Shown here in pieces: positions 32,336 to 41,185 of a stretch of DNA of 64,000 bases. The stretch lies in contig CAVRAY010000001.1 of assembly GCA_963719225.1 (NCBI GenBank), positions 2,176,001-2,240,000 on the forward strand, in the 5' to 3' direction. The translations under genes were made by a program, and so were the position numbers. The notes beneath the pieces are model-generated. The model saw only the letters and a list, made by a program, of their open reading frames with translations, was not told where the DNA came from and made no database searches. This DNA comes from Thermoanaerobaculia bacterium. Lineage in GTDB: Bacteria > Acidobacteriota > Thermoanaerobaculia > UBA5066. How positions within the stretch are numbered: position 1 is the stretch's first letter; every line of letters begins with the position of its first letter.

Positions 32336-32782
32336 ATGCCCAAGACATCGCTGCGATGGTTCAGTGGATTGACCGTATTCGGTCTCGGTCTCGCGCTCGG
32401 CGCCTTTGTTCGCGCGGACGCGCAGAAAGAGACCCCGATCAGAAGCGAGCAGGCGGCACCTGAGACGCGAGGTGTTACGGTGAAGCCACTAGCAGCGCTT
32501 GACCTTGGCCCTGAAATCGAGGGGATGGCAGGGCGCCAACTTCGAATGCGAATGGTAACTATCGAACCTGGAGGGGTCTTCGGCCCGATTCACAGCCATA
32601 AAGACAGGCCCGGCGTGGTCTACATACTGCAAGGAACCATCACTGACCATCGAAATGGAGCGGCTAAGGATTATGGCCCGGGAGTGGGCTGGCCCGAGGA
32701 TAAGAACACCACACACTGGCTTGAGAATAGAGGAACGATGTCAGCTGTGGAAATCTCAGTCGATGTATTCAGGCAACAGTAA
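32336..32782 (+). CDS. Cassette 12: secreted cupin-domain protein
   Basis: AAGGAGG RBS; LRMRMVTIEPGG...HSHKDRPGVVYILQG...HWLENRG. Confidence 0.88.
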   Translation: MPKTSLRWFSGLTVFGLGLALGAFVRADAQKETPIRSEQAAPETRGVTVKPLAALDLGPEIEGMAGRQLRMRMVTIEPGGVFGPIHSHKDRPGVVYILQGTITDHRNGAAKDYGPGVGWPEDKNTTHWLENRGTMSAVEISVDVFRQQ

Positions 32783-32915
32783 GCCCGGGCTTGTTGATCT
32801 GCTGGAGACTAGCAACCCGACTGGCAGCGGTATCGTCTTTAGACCGGAAAACCGGGCCGAGGCGGCTGCAGCCCTCAGAGACCTGAGGAAGGGTGGAGCA
32901 CCAGATTAACAGGCG

Positions 32916-32976
32916 GCCTAACCCGCGGCTGCAGCGGACGCCCTTGCGGGCGCCGCTGAGCCGCAAGCCGTTAGAC
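32916..32976 (+). repeat. attC site 12 (divergent type)
   Basis: GCCTAACCCGCGGCTGCAGCGGACGCCC...GGGCGCCGCTGAGCCGCAAGCCGTTAGAC. Confidence 0.9.
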
Positions 32977-32996
32977 GGCGAAATACATGGTGACGC

Positions 32997-33328
32997 GTGC
33001 TTCGACTCCTGACTGAGGCCGAGTTCCACGGAACTATGTCCACGCCGATGCGTCGTGTAGGAGAAGACGACCCAATCGCCCCGATCAATCTCAGGTCGTC
33101 CGTGGAAGAGTGCATTTCGCAGTACTCCTTCCAACCACCACAAAGGACATTGAGATTCACCACGCTTACCGAAGCGCCGACGGCATTCACACTCACGTCC
33201 TCTTCTGGTATGGCACGCCGAACAAATACCTCGTTATCGTGCTGGACGAGCCTGGCCGCAATGTAGTCGGGTACCACTTCCTCGACCTGGCCGAGAAGTA
33301 CGGCCTCGTGCCACCGAACGCCGTCTAA
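32997..33328 (+). CDS. Cassette 13: hypothetical protein (one frameshift near 33130)
   Basis: LLTEAEFHGTM..PMRRV... continues in another frame as HVLFWYGTPNKYLVIVLD...GYHFLDLAEKYGL; stop in attC. Confidence 0.65.
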
Positions 33329-33334
33329 CACCTC

Positions 33335-34162
33335 ATATCTGGACTCCTCCTTGGGATCAAGTGCGGGCGGTCTGTGGTTTTTCTCCTTCTAAGAAATCAG
33401 GCGATCCCGGGTCGTCGGGGCGATTCCTGCGTGGGAACGCGATCGATGGTGATGAGCGGAGAAGGTCGCGACGGCACTCGTATCTACGGCCTCTTCTGTT
33501 GGAGCCTTCGTGGGCTCCGGGCCAGGATGAAATCCGCACACGGGGAGCCAATCGTTGTGCAACGGCTTCTTGGAGCCAGAGGTGTTATCGGCTTTGCCCC
33601 GTGTCGGTCGGACCGAGCTCATCTGTCGCATCTTTCGCGTTCGTCGGCGGGAAGGGCTGACGGGTTTCTCTCCCACTTTCTCGTTTCAGGCAGAAGCGGT
33701 TGCTGGAGGGTTCTGAGCGGCGAACCTGGCCTTGAACGGCTCGCCCCGCGTTGCGACGGCCCAGATGATCCGGGCGAGCTTGTTTGCGACGGCGACTGCG
33801 GCGCGGTTTCGCCCGCGCCTGTTCTCGACCTCGAGCGCCCATTGCTGCAGGTCATGCGGCCTTTTCCTGCGATGGGCCGAGAGCAGCATCGAGCGGGCCC
33901 CGCCGATCAAAAGCGTCCTGAGGTACGGGTCTCCGGCCTTGCTGATCGACCCGAGCCACCTTCTCTTTCCGCTCGAGCTTTCCTTCGGCGTCAGCCCGAG
34001 CGAGCTCGCAAACTTCCGTCCCGACTTGAAGCGCAGGAAGTCTCCGACCATCGCAGAAAACGCCGTGGCGTTCAGGAGACCTACACCCGGAATCGTCTCG
34101 AGCCTCTCGACGAGAGGAGCCGTCCGGGCCAGGGCCTTCAGCTGCTTTTCGACCTGCCCGCT
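33335..34162 (-). mobile_element. IS1111-type element, copy 4, in attC 13; truncated (keeps the non-coding end and the 3' part of the transposase)
   Basis: GTCTAACACCTC|ATATCTGG junction; identity to the other copies stops at GACCTGCCCGCT (34162). Confidence 0.92.
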
Positions 34163-34200
34163 GCTGAACCGGCGGCAGGAGAGCGTCCAGCCGTCGCTTC

Positions 34201-34607
34201 GTTAGGCGGCAGAAAGCGCTGCCACGTTGGATTTCGAGCTTCTCTCTCCGATCACCGGGATCGAGACCATCGCACGCGGCGCGGCCATTCGCGAGGTCGC
34301 CCGGCTACGTCGGGCTCATGGTTCGGGCGCTGGCTCAAGCGGAAGGGCATCGCTTTCGTCCGCGCCGCCCATGGTCTAACCTATCGCGCGGAGATTCACT
34401 GGTATGAAGCGAGGGGCATCGGGCGCAAGGAACTCAAGGTCAAGCGGTACCTCCCGTAGCGCGTTGTCGACGAGTCGGGCGAGGACTACGTCTATCCGAA
34501 GAACCTCTTCAGGGCCATCACTCTTCCTGCCCAGGTTCAGCGCGCGCTCGGTCACGCGGTCCCTGCTGCCTAACAACGCGCTGTAGCGGAATCGCTGCGC
34601 TCGCCGC
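34201..34607 (+). pseudogene. Degraded second copy of cassette 8 with a truncated attC (34568-34607)
   Basis: Aligns by eye to 27539-28067, with internal deletions in both genes. Confidence 0.85.
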
Positions 34608-34612
34608 AAAAC

Positions 34613-34921
34613 ATGCCAGTCAGCGTTCGTTACTTCGTCGACGTACTCGGCTTCGAGCAGGCAACCTGGGGAACGGACGACTTTACGCACGTCGGGCGCG
34701 ATGGAAGGGGCATCTACCTCTGCCGAGGCGGCCAGGGAAATGCAGGAGCTTGGGTCTGGGTCGGCGTTGGCGACGTTCGCGCTCTCTACCGCGCATACAA
34801 GGAGCGCGGCGCAATCATCAGGCAGGAGCCCACGAACCGGCCGTGGGCACTCGAAATGCAAATTCAAGATCCGGATGGCAACGTGCTCCGATTCGGATCG
34901 GACCCAGAGGAACAAACGTAG
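34613..34921 (+). CDS. VOC/glyoxalase/bleomycin-resistance family protein (probably 5' clipped)
   Basis: SVRYFVDVLGF...EPTNRPWALEMQIQDPDGNVLRFGS. Confidence 0.8.
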   Translation: MPVSVRYFVDVLGFEQATWGTDDFTHVGRDGRGIYLCRGGQGNAGAWVWVGVGDVRALYRAYKERGAIIRQEPTNRPWALEMQIQDPDGNVLRFGSDPEEQT

Positions 34922-35163
34922 GTTTCGAGAACGACAGTCCTCTTCATGAGCTCATCCGCAATGTTCCGCACGTCGCCCTTGAGGTGGACGATCTCGACGC
35001 CGCTCTCGAAGGTCAGGAGATCATTCATCCCCCCGGTTCCCCATCCGACGGCGTTCGCTCGGCCATGATCGTCCACAACGGCGCGCCGGTTGAATTCATC
35101 TGGTTCCGAAAGCGCCATGATATCGATGTGGGGCAGGTCCCGTGTCTTCTCGCATACGACTAG
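34922..35163 (+). pseudogene. Fragment of a second VOC-like gene
   Basis: SPLHELIRNVPHVALEVDDLDAALEG...MIVHNGAPVEFI with no start codon. Confidence 0.55.
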
Positions 35164-35531
35164 GCTTCTTCCAGGAGCTCATGGGTGCGGACTCGGTTCT
35201 CTTGCACGGCACGCCGCCGGAGATCAACGCTCTCGTTCCACGGCTCTACGAATTCCTGGCCTCGCCTCTCGACGAATGGCCGATTCACGAACATGCTCTC
35301 GTTTCCAGTCACCGTCCCGTGCGCCTCTTCGCCTCGCGCTTCGGCATGACGAGCAGAAGCGGCTACCGCTGGCGCTGTTCGCCCGCAGAGCTGCCTTCCA
35401 TCCAGGCCGCGCTCCAGGCCTTGGCCGTTTCAGGCTCCGGCCACACGTACTTCATGCTCGCGGGCTCCACAGCTCGGCTGATCGTCTCGGCAGGCGAGTA
35501 CCCGGATACCTGGTGGCAGGCAAACGCCTGA
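35142..35531 (+). CDS. Hypothetical protein, probable last cassette remnant
   Basis: FFQELMGADSVLLHG...GHTYF...LIVSAGEYP; ends GCCTGAC (degenerate R'' box). Confidence 0.55.
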   Translation: MSSRIRLGFFQELMGADSVLLHGTPPEINALVPRLYEFLASPLDEWPIHEHALVSSHRPVRLFASRFGMTSRSGYRWRCSPAELPSIQAALQALAVSGSGHTYFMLAGSTARLIVSAGEYPDTWWQANA

Positions 35532-35650
35532 CAGCTTCTGGGTCGTGGCGTCAGTAATTTTCCCACCCTGCGCGGTGGTCGGCGGCCGCCGGCATCGCCA
35601 TCCGGAGGCTCTTCAGGGTTGCGTGACGAGCCTGCTACGCTCAGGGCCCC

Positions 35651-36553
35651 GTGCACGACATCGTCGGCGTTCTCGTCAACTCGCTCCTGGCCGCCGGCCT
35701 TTACGCCACGATGGCGTACGGGCTCGCGGTGATCTACGGGGTCATGCGCATCATCAACCTCGCACACGCGGGGATCATGATGTTGGGGGCGTACACGACG
35801 TTCACGCTCTTCACGCGGTTCTCGATGGATCCCTTCCTTTCGAGTCTCGTCGTCGTGCCCGTGTTCTTCGCCGGCGGCGTCGTCCTCTACCGGACGGTCG
35901 TCCGGCGTCTTCCGCGATCGGGGTCGACGCCCTCGATGGAAAGCCTCCTGCTCCTTTTCGGCGTGTGGCTCGTCCTCCAGAACCTCGCGTACGTGCTCTG
36001 GAGCGGAGACACCCAGTCGATCCTGACCTCCTACACGCTCAAGTCGGTCTCTCTCCTCGGCGTGCGCGTGGGCGTACCCGCGCTCGGGGTCTTCGGCATG
36101 TCCGCGCTCTCTCTCCTCATCCTGGAATTCGTCCTCCACCGCACGTACCTCGGGAAGGCGATCCGGGCGGTCACCCAGAACCGTGACGCCGCTCTTCTCT
36201 CCGGCGTGGACGCCGACCGGATCTCCGCGATCGCGTTCGGCATCGGAACGGCCTTTGCCGGGCTCGCGGGCACTCTCCTGTCCACGCTCTTCGCGTTCAC
36301 CCCCGACTTCGGGCGGAGCTTCCTGCTCAAGGCCTTCTGCATCATCGTGCTCGGCGGCCTCGAGAGCGTGACCGGCGTCGCCGCGGGGGCCTTCGTCCTC
36401 GCCCTCCTCGAGAACGGGACGGCGGCGTTCACGTCCGTCCCGACGTCTCTCCAGGACGCTCTCAGCTTCACGCTCCTCGTCGTCACGCTCGTCGTGCTGC
36501 CCCACGGACTCCCGGGACTCCTCCGCCTCGTGCGCGCACGGGGTAGCGGGTGA
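35651..36553 (+). CDS. livH: Branched-chain amino acid ABC permease, LivH-like
   Basis: YGLAVIYGVMRIINLAHAG, GKAIRAVTQNRDAA, KAFCIIVLGGL. Confidence 0.92.
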   Translation: MHDIVGVLVNSLLAAGLYATMAYGLAVIYGVMRIINLAHAGIMMLGAYTTFTLFTRFSMDPFLSSLVVVPVFFAGGVVLYRTVVRRLPRSGSTPSMESLLLLFGVWLVLQNLAYVLWSGDTQSILTSYTLKSVSLLGVRVGVPALGVFGMSALSLLILEFVLHRTYLGKAIRAVTQNRDAALLSGVDADRISAIAFGIGTAFAGLAGTLLSTLFAFTPDFGRSFLLKAFCIIVLGGLESVTGVAAGAFVLALLENGTAAFTSVPTSLQDALSFTLLVVTLVVLPHGLPGLLRLVRARGSG

Positions 36554-37497
36554 GCTCGAAGAGATCGCTCGAGGCTGCCGGCATGCTCGCGGCGGCGGCC
36601 GCGCTTTTCTTCGCTCCCTCCTACCTCGAAAGGGGCACGCTGAACGACGTCTGGAGCGTCGCGCTGGCCGTCGTCCTCGCCTCCTCGTGGAATCTTCTCG
36701 GAGGCTTCGCGGGACAGGTTTCGATCGGCTATTCGGCCTTCCTCGGGATCGGCGCGTACACGACCGTCCTCCTCGCGCTGCGGGGCGTGTCCCCCGTCCT
36801 CACGCTGCCGCTCGGGGCGCTCTTTGCGGCGGCCTTCTCGGTGATCATCGGCTACCCGACGTTCCGACTCCGCGGGCCTTACTTCACGATCGCCACGATC
36901 GGCGTCGGCGAGGCCGTGCGCGTCGTGGCGTCCAGCGTCGCGTTCGCGGGCGGCGCGAGCGGGCTGAGGATGCCCGCCGGGTCCTTCGATTTCGAATCGA
37001 ACTTCCGCGCCATGACGCTCCTCGCCGTGGCCCTGGTCTGGATCGCGCTCGTCGTCTCGCGAAGCGCCTTCGGATCGGCCCTTGCCGCCGTGAAGCAGGA
37101 CATCGACGCCGCCGAGGCTCTCGGCGTGAACTCCACGCGGCTGAAGGTCATCGTGCATGCCCTCTCGGCCGCGCTGGTCGGCCTCGCCGGGGGCCTGTTC
37201 GCGATCAACTTCCAGTACGTGTCGCCCGGCTCGGTGTTCGACTTTCGCCTGAGCCTCACGATCGTGCTGATGCCGATCGTCGGCGGAGTCGGCACCGTCG
37301 CGGGACCCGTTCTCGGCGCGATCCTGTTCGGCTGGCTCCAGCTCAAGCTCCTGTCGATCCCCGCCCTCCTCAACTCCTCGCTCTTCATCTACGGGGCGCT
37401 CCTGATCGCGGTCATGCTCTTCGAGCCGAAAGGACTTCTCGGCCTCGTGAAGCGCCTTTCCGCGCGCCGCCTCAAGCGCTTCTACACCGATGCCTGA
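36550..37497 (+). CDS. livM: Branched-chain amino acid ABC permease, LivM-like
   Basis: SWNLLGGFAGQVSIG, FRLRGPYFTIATI, IVGGVGTVAGPVLGA. Confidence 0.92.
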   Translation: MSSKRSLEAAGMLAAAAALFFAPSYLERGTLNDVWSVALAVVLASSWNLLGGFAGQVSIGYSAFLGIGAYTTVLLALRGVSPVLTLPLGALFAAAFSVIIGYPTFRLRGPYFTIATIGVGEAVRVVASSVAFAGGASGLRMPAGSFDFESNFRAMTLLAVALVWIALVVSRSAFGSALAAVKQDIDAAEALGVNSTRLKVIVHALSAALVGLAGGLFAINFQYVSPGSVFDFRLSLTIVLMPIVGGVGTVAGPVLGAILFGWLQLKLLSIPALLNSSLFIYGALLIAVMLFEPKGLLGLVKRLSARRLKRFYTDA

Positions 37498-38233
37498 GCC
37501 CATCGTCTCCGTCCGCGCGCTCACGAAGCGCTTCGGGGGCCTCGTGGCCGTCAAGGCCGTTTCGTTCGACGTCGCGGCGGGCGAGATCTTCGGCGTCATC
37601 GGCCCGAACGGCGCCGGCAAGACGACCCTGTTTTCGTGCCTGACGGGCGCGCAGCGCCCCACGTCGGGCTCCGTTCATCTTCGGGGAGAGCGCCTCGACG
37701 GACTGCCGGTCTGGGCCGTCGCGCACCGCGGGCTCGTGCGCACGCACCAGATCGTGCGGCCGTTTCGCGAGATGACCGTGGCGGACAACGTGGCCGTCGG
37801 AGCACGCTTCGGCAGGGGTCGAAGGCGTGGAGCCGACGAAAGCGCCCGCATCCACGAGATTCTCGAGCGCACCGGCCTCGTCGCGCGGGCCGGTTCTCTC
37901 GCGGGCACGCTGACCCTCGGCGACCTCAAGCGCCTCGAGATCGCCCGGGCGCTCGCGACCGAGCCCGACGTCCTGTGCCTGGACGAGATCATGGGAGGCC
38001 TGAACCCCGCCGAGATCAACTCCGCCATGGCGCTCGTCCGGGAGATGCGTGATCAGGGCCTGACGATCCTCCTCATCGAGCACCACGTCCACGCCGTGGT
38101 CGGGCTTTCGGATCGGATTCTCGTCCTGAACTTCGGCGAGAGGATCGCCGAGGGGCGTCCCGAGGAGGCGCTGCGCGATCCGGCCGTGGTCGCCGCCTAC
38201 TTCGGCGACGTTCCGGAGGAGGCCGCCCCGTGA
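37490..38233 (+). CDS. livG: ABC ATPase, LivG-like
   Basis: GPNGAGKTT, LEIARALA, LCLDE, IEHH. Confidence 0.92.
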   Translation: MPEPIVSVRALTKRFGGLVAVKAVSFDVAAGEIFGVIGPNGAGKTTLFSCLTGAQRPTSGSVHLRGERLDGLPVWAVAHRGLVRTHQIVRPFREMTVADNVAVGARFGRGRRRGADESARIHEILERTGLVARAGSLAGTLTLGDLKRLEIARALATEPDVLCLDEIMGGLNPAEINSAMALVREMRDQGLTILLIEHHVHAVVGLSDRILVLNFGERIAEGRPEEALRDPAVVAAYFGDVPEEAAP

Positions 38234-38949
38234 GCCTCCTCGCCGTCGAGAGCCTCGACGTCTTCCATGGAAACGTCCAGGCCGTATGGGACGTCTCGTT
38301 CCGCGTCGAGGCCGGAGAAATCCTGACGCTCGTGGGCGCGAACGGCGCCGGGAAATCGACTCTGTTGAAGACGATCGCGGGCCTCCTTCCGGCCCGGCGC
38401 GGGCGCATCCTCTTCGACGGGCGCGACCTCTCGGACCGGCCGGCCCACACGCGGGCTCCCGACGGCCTCGTGCTCGTGCCGGAGGCGCGCCAGCTCTGGC
38501 CGGGCATGACGGTTCTCGAGAATCTCGAGATGGGGGCGTGGGGAAGGAGGGCGCGGTCGGATTCCTCGCGGACGCTCGACGAGATCTTCGCCATGTTCCC
38601 GGTTCTCGAGGAGCGCCATGCCCAGAAAGCCGGCACGCTATCGGGAGGAGAGCAGCAGATGTGCGCGATCGGCCGCGGCCTCATGGCCCGCCCGCGCCTC
38701 CTTCTCCTCGACGAGCCGGCTCTCGGCCTTTCCCCGCGCCTCGTCCGAGAGGTCTTCGCCTCGCTTTCCGCGATTCGCAAGGCCGGCGTCACGGTGCTCC
38801 TCGTCGAGCAGAACGTCGCTCATGCCCTCGCGCTCGCCGACCACGCCTGCGTCCTCGAGACGGGCCGCGTCACGCTCACGGGGCTCGCGCGCGACCTCGC
38901 CGCCGACCCGCGCGTGAGGGAGGAGTTCCTCGGGGTGTCGGCGGTATGA
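38230..38949 (+). CDS. livF: ABC ATPase, LivF-like
   Basis: GANGAGKST, LSGGEQQM, LLLDEP, VEQNV. Confidence 0.92.
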   Translation: MSLLAVESLDVFHGNVQAVWDVSFRVEAGEILTLVGANGAGKSTLLKTIAGLLPARRGRILFDGRDLSDRPAHTRAPDGLVLVPEARQLWPGMTVLENLEMGAWGRRARSDSSRTLDEIFAMFPVLEERHAQKAGTLSGGEQQMCAIGRGLMARPRLLLLDEPALGLSPRLVREVFASLSAIRKAGVTVLLVEQNVAHALALADHACVLETGRVTLTGLARDLAADPRVREEFLGVSAV

Positions 38950-40451
38950 GGATTCCTTGCTCCCCGGCCGTCGTCTGGAACGGCCGCTCTTACTCATTCG
39001 AAGAAATCCGCCGGTGGGCGAGTGAATACTCAGCCACCCTGGCTTCTCTCGGCATTCGTCCGGGCGATCGCGTCGCGGTGTTCGCGGAGACGTGTCCCGA
39101 GCTCGTCGCCGCTTTCGTCGGCCACCTCTCGTCGGGCGTCATCCACGTGCCCATCAACACGCGCTACAAGGCCGACGAGGCACGTCACGTCCTCGAGGAC
39201 TCGGGGGCGGCGGCGGTGCTGACGCAGGAGGGGGAAGACTGCCGCCAAGTCCTGGACGAGATCCTCAGAAAGCAACAGCCTCCAAAGCTGCGCGAGGTCC
39301 TTTCCATCGCTTCAGCCTTCCCCTCTTCCCCTTCTGAGAATTCTTTATCTTCCTCTTTCTCTTCGACGCCATCGGATGACGACATCGCGATGCTCATCTA
39401 CACCTCGGGCACGACGGGCAAGAGCAAGGGCGTCGCGCTGGCGCATCGCGCTCTCGAGGCCAACACGCGCGCGATGATGGAGCTCTGGCGTTTCACTCCG
39501 GACGACCGTCTCCTGCTCGCACTTCCGTTGTTCCACGTGCACGGGCTTTGCCTCGGAGTCGCGGGCGCGCTTCTCACCGGCTTCACGCTGCTACTCGAGG
39601 GACGCTTCGACGCGGCCCGGGTCGTGAAGGCGTTCGCGACCGAGGGCGCGACGGCCTTCATGGGAGTGCCGACGATGTACGTCCGCCTCCTCGAGCACCT
39701 CGAGGCTCATGCGGAGGGGGCTGAAGCGCTTAGCAAGGCGAGGCTCTTCACCGCGGGGAGCGCGCCGCTGCCGGCCGCCGACTTCGAGGCTTTCCGCCAG
39801 AAGACCGGCCACGCGATCCTCGAGCGCTACGGGATGAGCGAGACGCTCTTCACCCTGTCGAATCCCTACGAAGGCGAGCGGCGCCCCGGCACCGTCGGGC
39901 TCCCCGTCACCGGCTGCTCCGTGCGGCTCGCGGACGACGACGGACGCGACACCCACGAGGGCGAGCCGGGAGAAATCCACGTCAGGAGCAACGGGTTGAT
40001 GAGCGGCTATTGGGGACGCGAGGCCGATACCGCCGCCGCGTTCCGGGACGGCTGGTTCCTCACGGGGGACGTGGCGCGCCGGGATGCCGACGGGTACGTG
40101 ACGATCCTCGGCCGCAAGTCGGTCGACTTCATCAAGAGCGGCGGCTACAAGATCTCCGCCCGCGAGATCGAGGACGTGCTCCGCCGGCATCCGTCCGTGA
40201 AGGACGCGGCCGTCGTCGGCCTCCCCGACCGGGTCTGGGGCCAGCGCATCGCGGCGGCCGTCGTCCTCGTCGAGCCCGGCGACGCCGAGGCCGCGGTGAG
40301 GGCGTGCGAGGAGATCGGCGCCTTCGCCTCGTCGTGCCTCGCGGATTTCAAGAAGCCCCGCGACGTCCGCGCCGTACCCGAGCTGCCGCGCAACGCGCTC
40401 GGAAAGGTGCAGAAGCACCTGCTCGTGAAGACGCTCGGCGAGGAGCCGTGA
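38946..40451 (+). CDS. Acyl-CoA synthetase (malonyl-CoA synthetase/MatB-like AMP-binding enzyme)
   Basis: YTSGTTGKSKG, LPLFHVHGL, LERYGMSET, WFLTGD, LPRNALGKV. Confidence 0.88.
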   Translation: MRIPCSPAVVWNGRSYSFEEIRRWASEYSATLASLGIRPGDRVAVFAETCPELVAAFVGHLSSGVIHVPINTRYKADEARHVLEDSGAAAVLTQEGEDCRQVLDEILRKQQPPKLREVLSIASAFPSSPSENSLSSSFSSTPSDDDIAMLIYTSGTTGKSKGVALAHRALEANTRAMMELWRFTPDDRLLLALPLFHVHGLCLGVAGALLTGFTLLLEGRFDAARVVKAFATEGATAFMGVPTMYVRLLEHLEAHAEGAEALSKARLFTAGSAPLPAADFEAFRQKTGHAILERYGMSETLFTLSNPYEGERRPGTVGLPVTGCSVRLADDDGRDTHEGEPGEIHVRSNGLMSGYWGREADTAAAFRDGWFLTGDVARRDADGYVTILGRKSVDFIKSGGYKISAREIEDVLRRHPSVKDAAVVGLPDRVWGQRIAAAVVLVEPGDAEAAVRACEEIGAFASSCLADFKKPRDVRAVPELPRNALGKVQKHLLVKTLGEEP

Positions 40452-40454
40452 GCC

Positions 40455-41123
40455 TCAGCTCGCCCAGCCCATGTAGAGCATCACGAGGCCGAACGTGTCG
40501 ATGAAGCCGTGGGCGAGGACGCTCGCCCAGAGGTTCCGGCCGGAGAGAAGGTAGGCGGCGCCGAGGACGAGCCCGGACATGCCGGAATCCACCATTCCCG
40601 TCGGGCCCTTGTAATAGTGCCCGATGCCGAAGAGGACCGCCACGAACACCATCGCGACGAGATGGGCCGCGGCCGTTCCCTTACCGAGATCCGCGCCCCG
40701 CGTGAGGAGATAGCCCCGATACCCGAACTCCTCGCCGAACGCGGCCCACGTCCAGACGATGCCGAGCCACATGAGCGCGGTACCGAGATTTCCCGGGATC
40801 GCGGCGGCCCCCGCGGGCGCCACGATCGGAGGCCATACCTTCGCCGCCAGAGTCTCGACGACCTCGCCCAGGACGATCCTCAGCGCCGCCGCCGCAACGG
40901 CGATCAGAAGGATGCGGCCCCATGACTTCGGGCGGCGAAACGGCAGCGCCGACCAGCCCCCGCTGCGCACACGGAAAGAGACCAGCCCGAGCACGACGAG
41001 GATCGGGACCTCGTTTGGGACGACGTGAAACACGTTGTGCCCGATCACGATGGCGGAGCCGAAGAGAAGCTCGAGGCCGCTCACGACGCGTGAATCGGAG
41101 ATCTTCAGGTCGCCTGGGCTCAT
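40455..41123 (-). CDS. CPBP/Abi (CAAX-like) intramembrane protease
   Basis: EEFGYRGYL, LFGIGHYY, AHGFID. Confidence 0.88.
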   Translation of the reverse strand: MSPGDLKISDSRVVSGLELLFGSAIVIGHNVFHVVPNEVPILVVLGLVSFRVRSGGWSALPFRRPKSWGRILLIAVAAAALRIVLGEVVETLAAKVWPPIVAPAGAAAIPGNLGTALMWLGIVWTWAAFGEEFGYRGYLLTRGADLGKGTAAAHLVAMVFVAVLFGIGHYYKGPTGMVDSGMSGLVLGAAYLLSGRNLWASVLAHGFIDTFGLVMLYMGWAS

Positions 41124-41185
41124 GCGAGTCTTCGCGCGGGAAGTCGATGCCGCCCGGAGATAATCGACCCGTTCGAGGAGGATGA

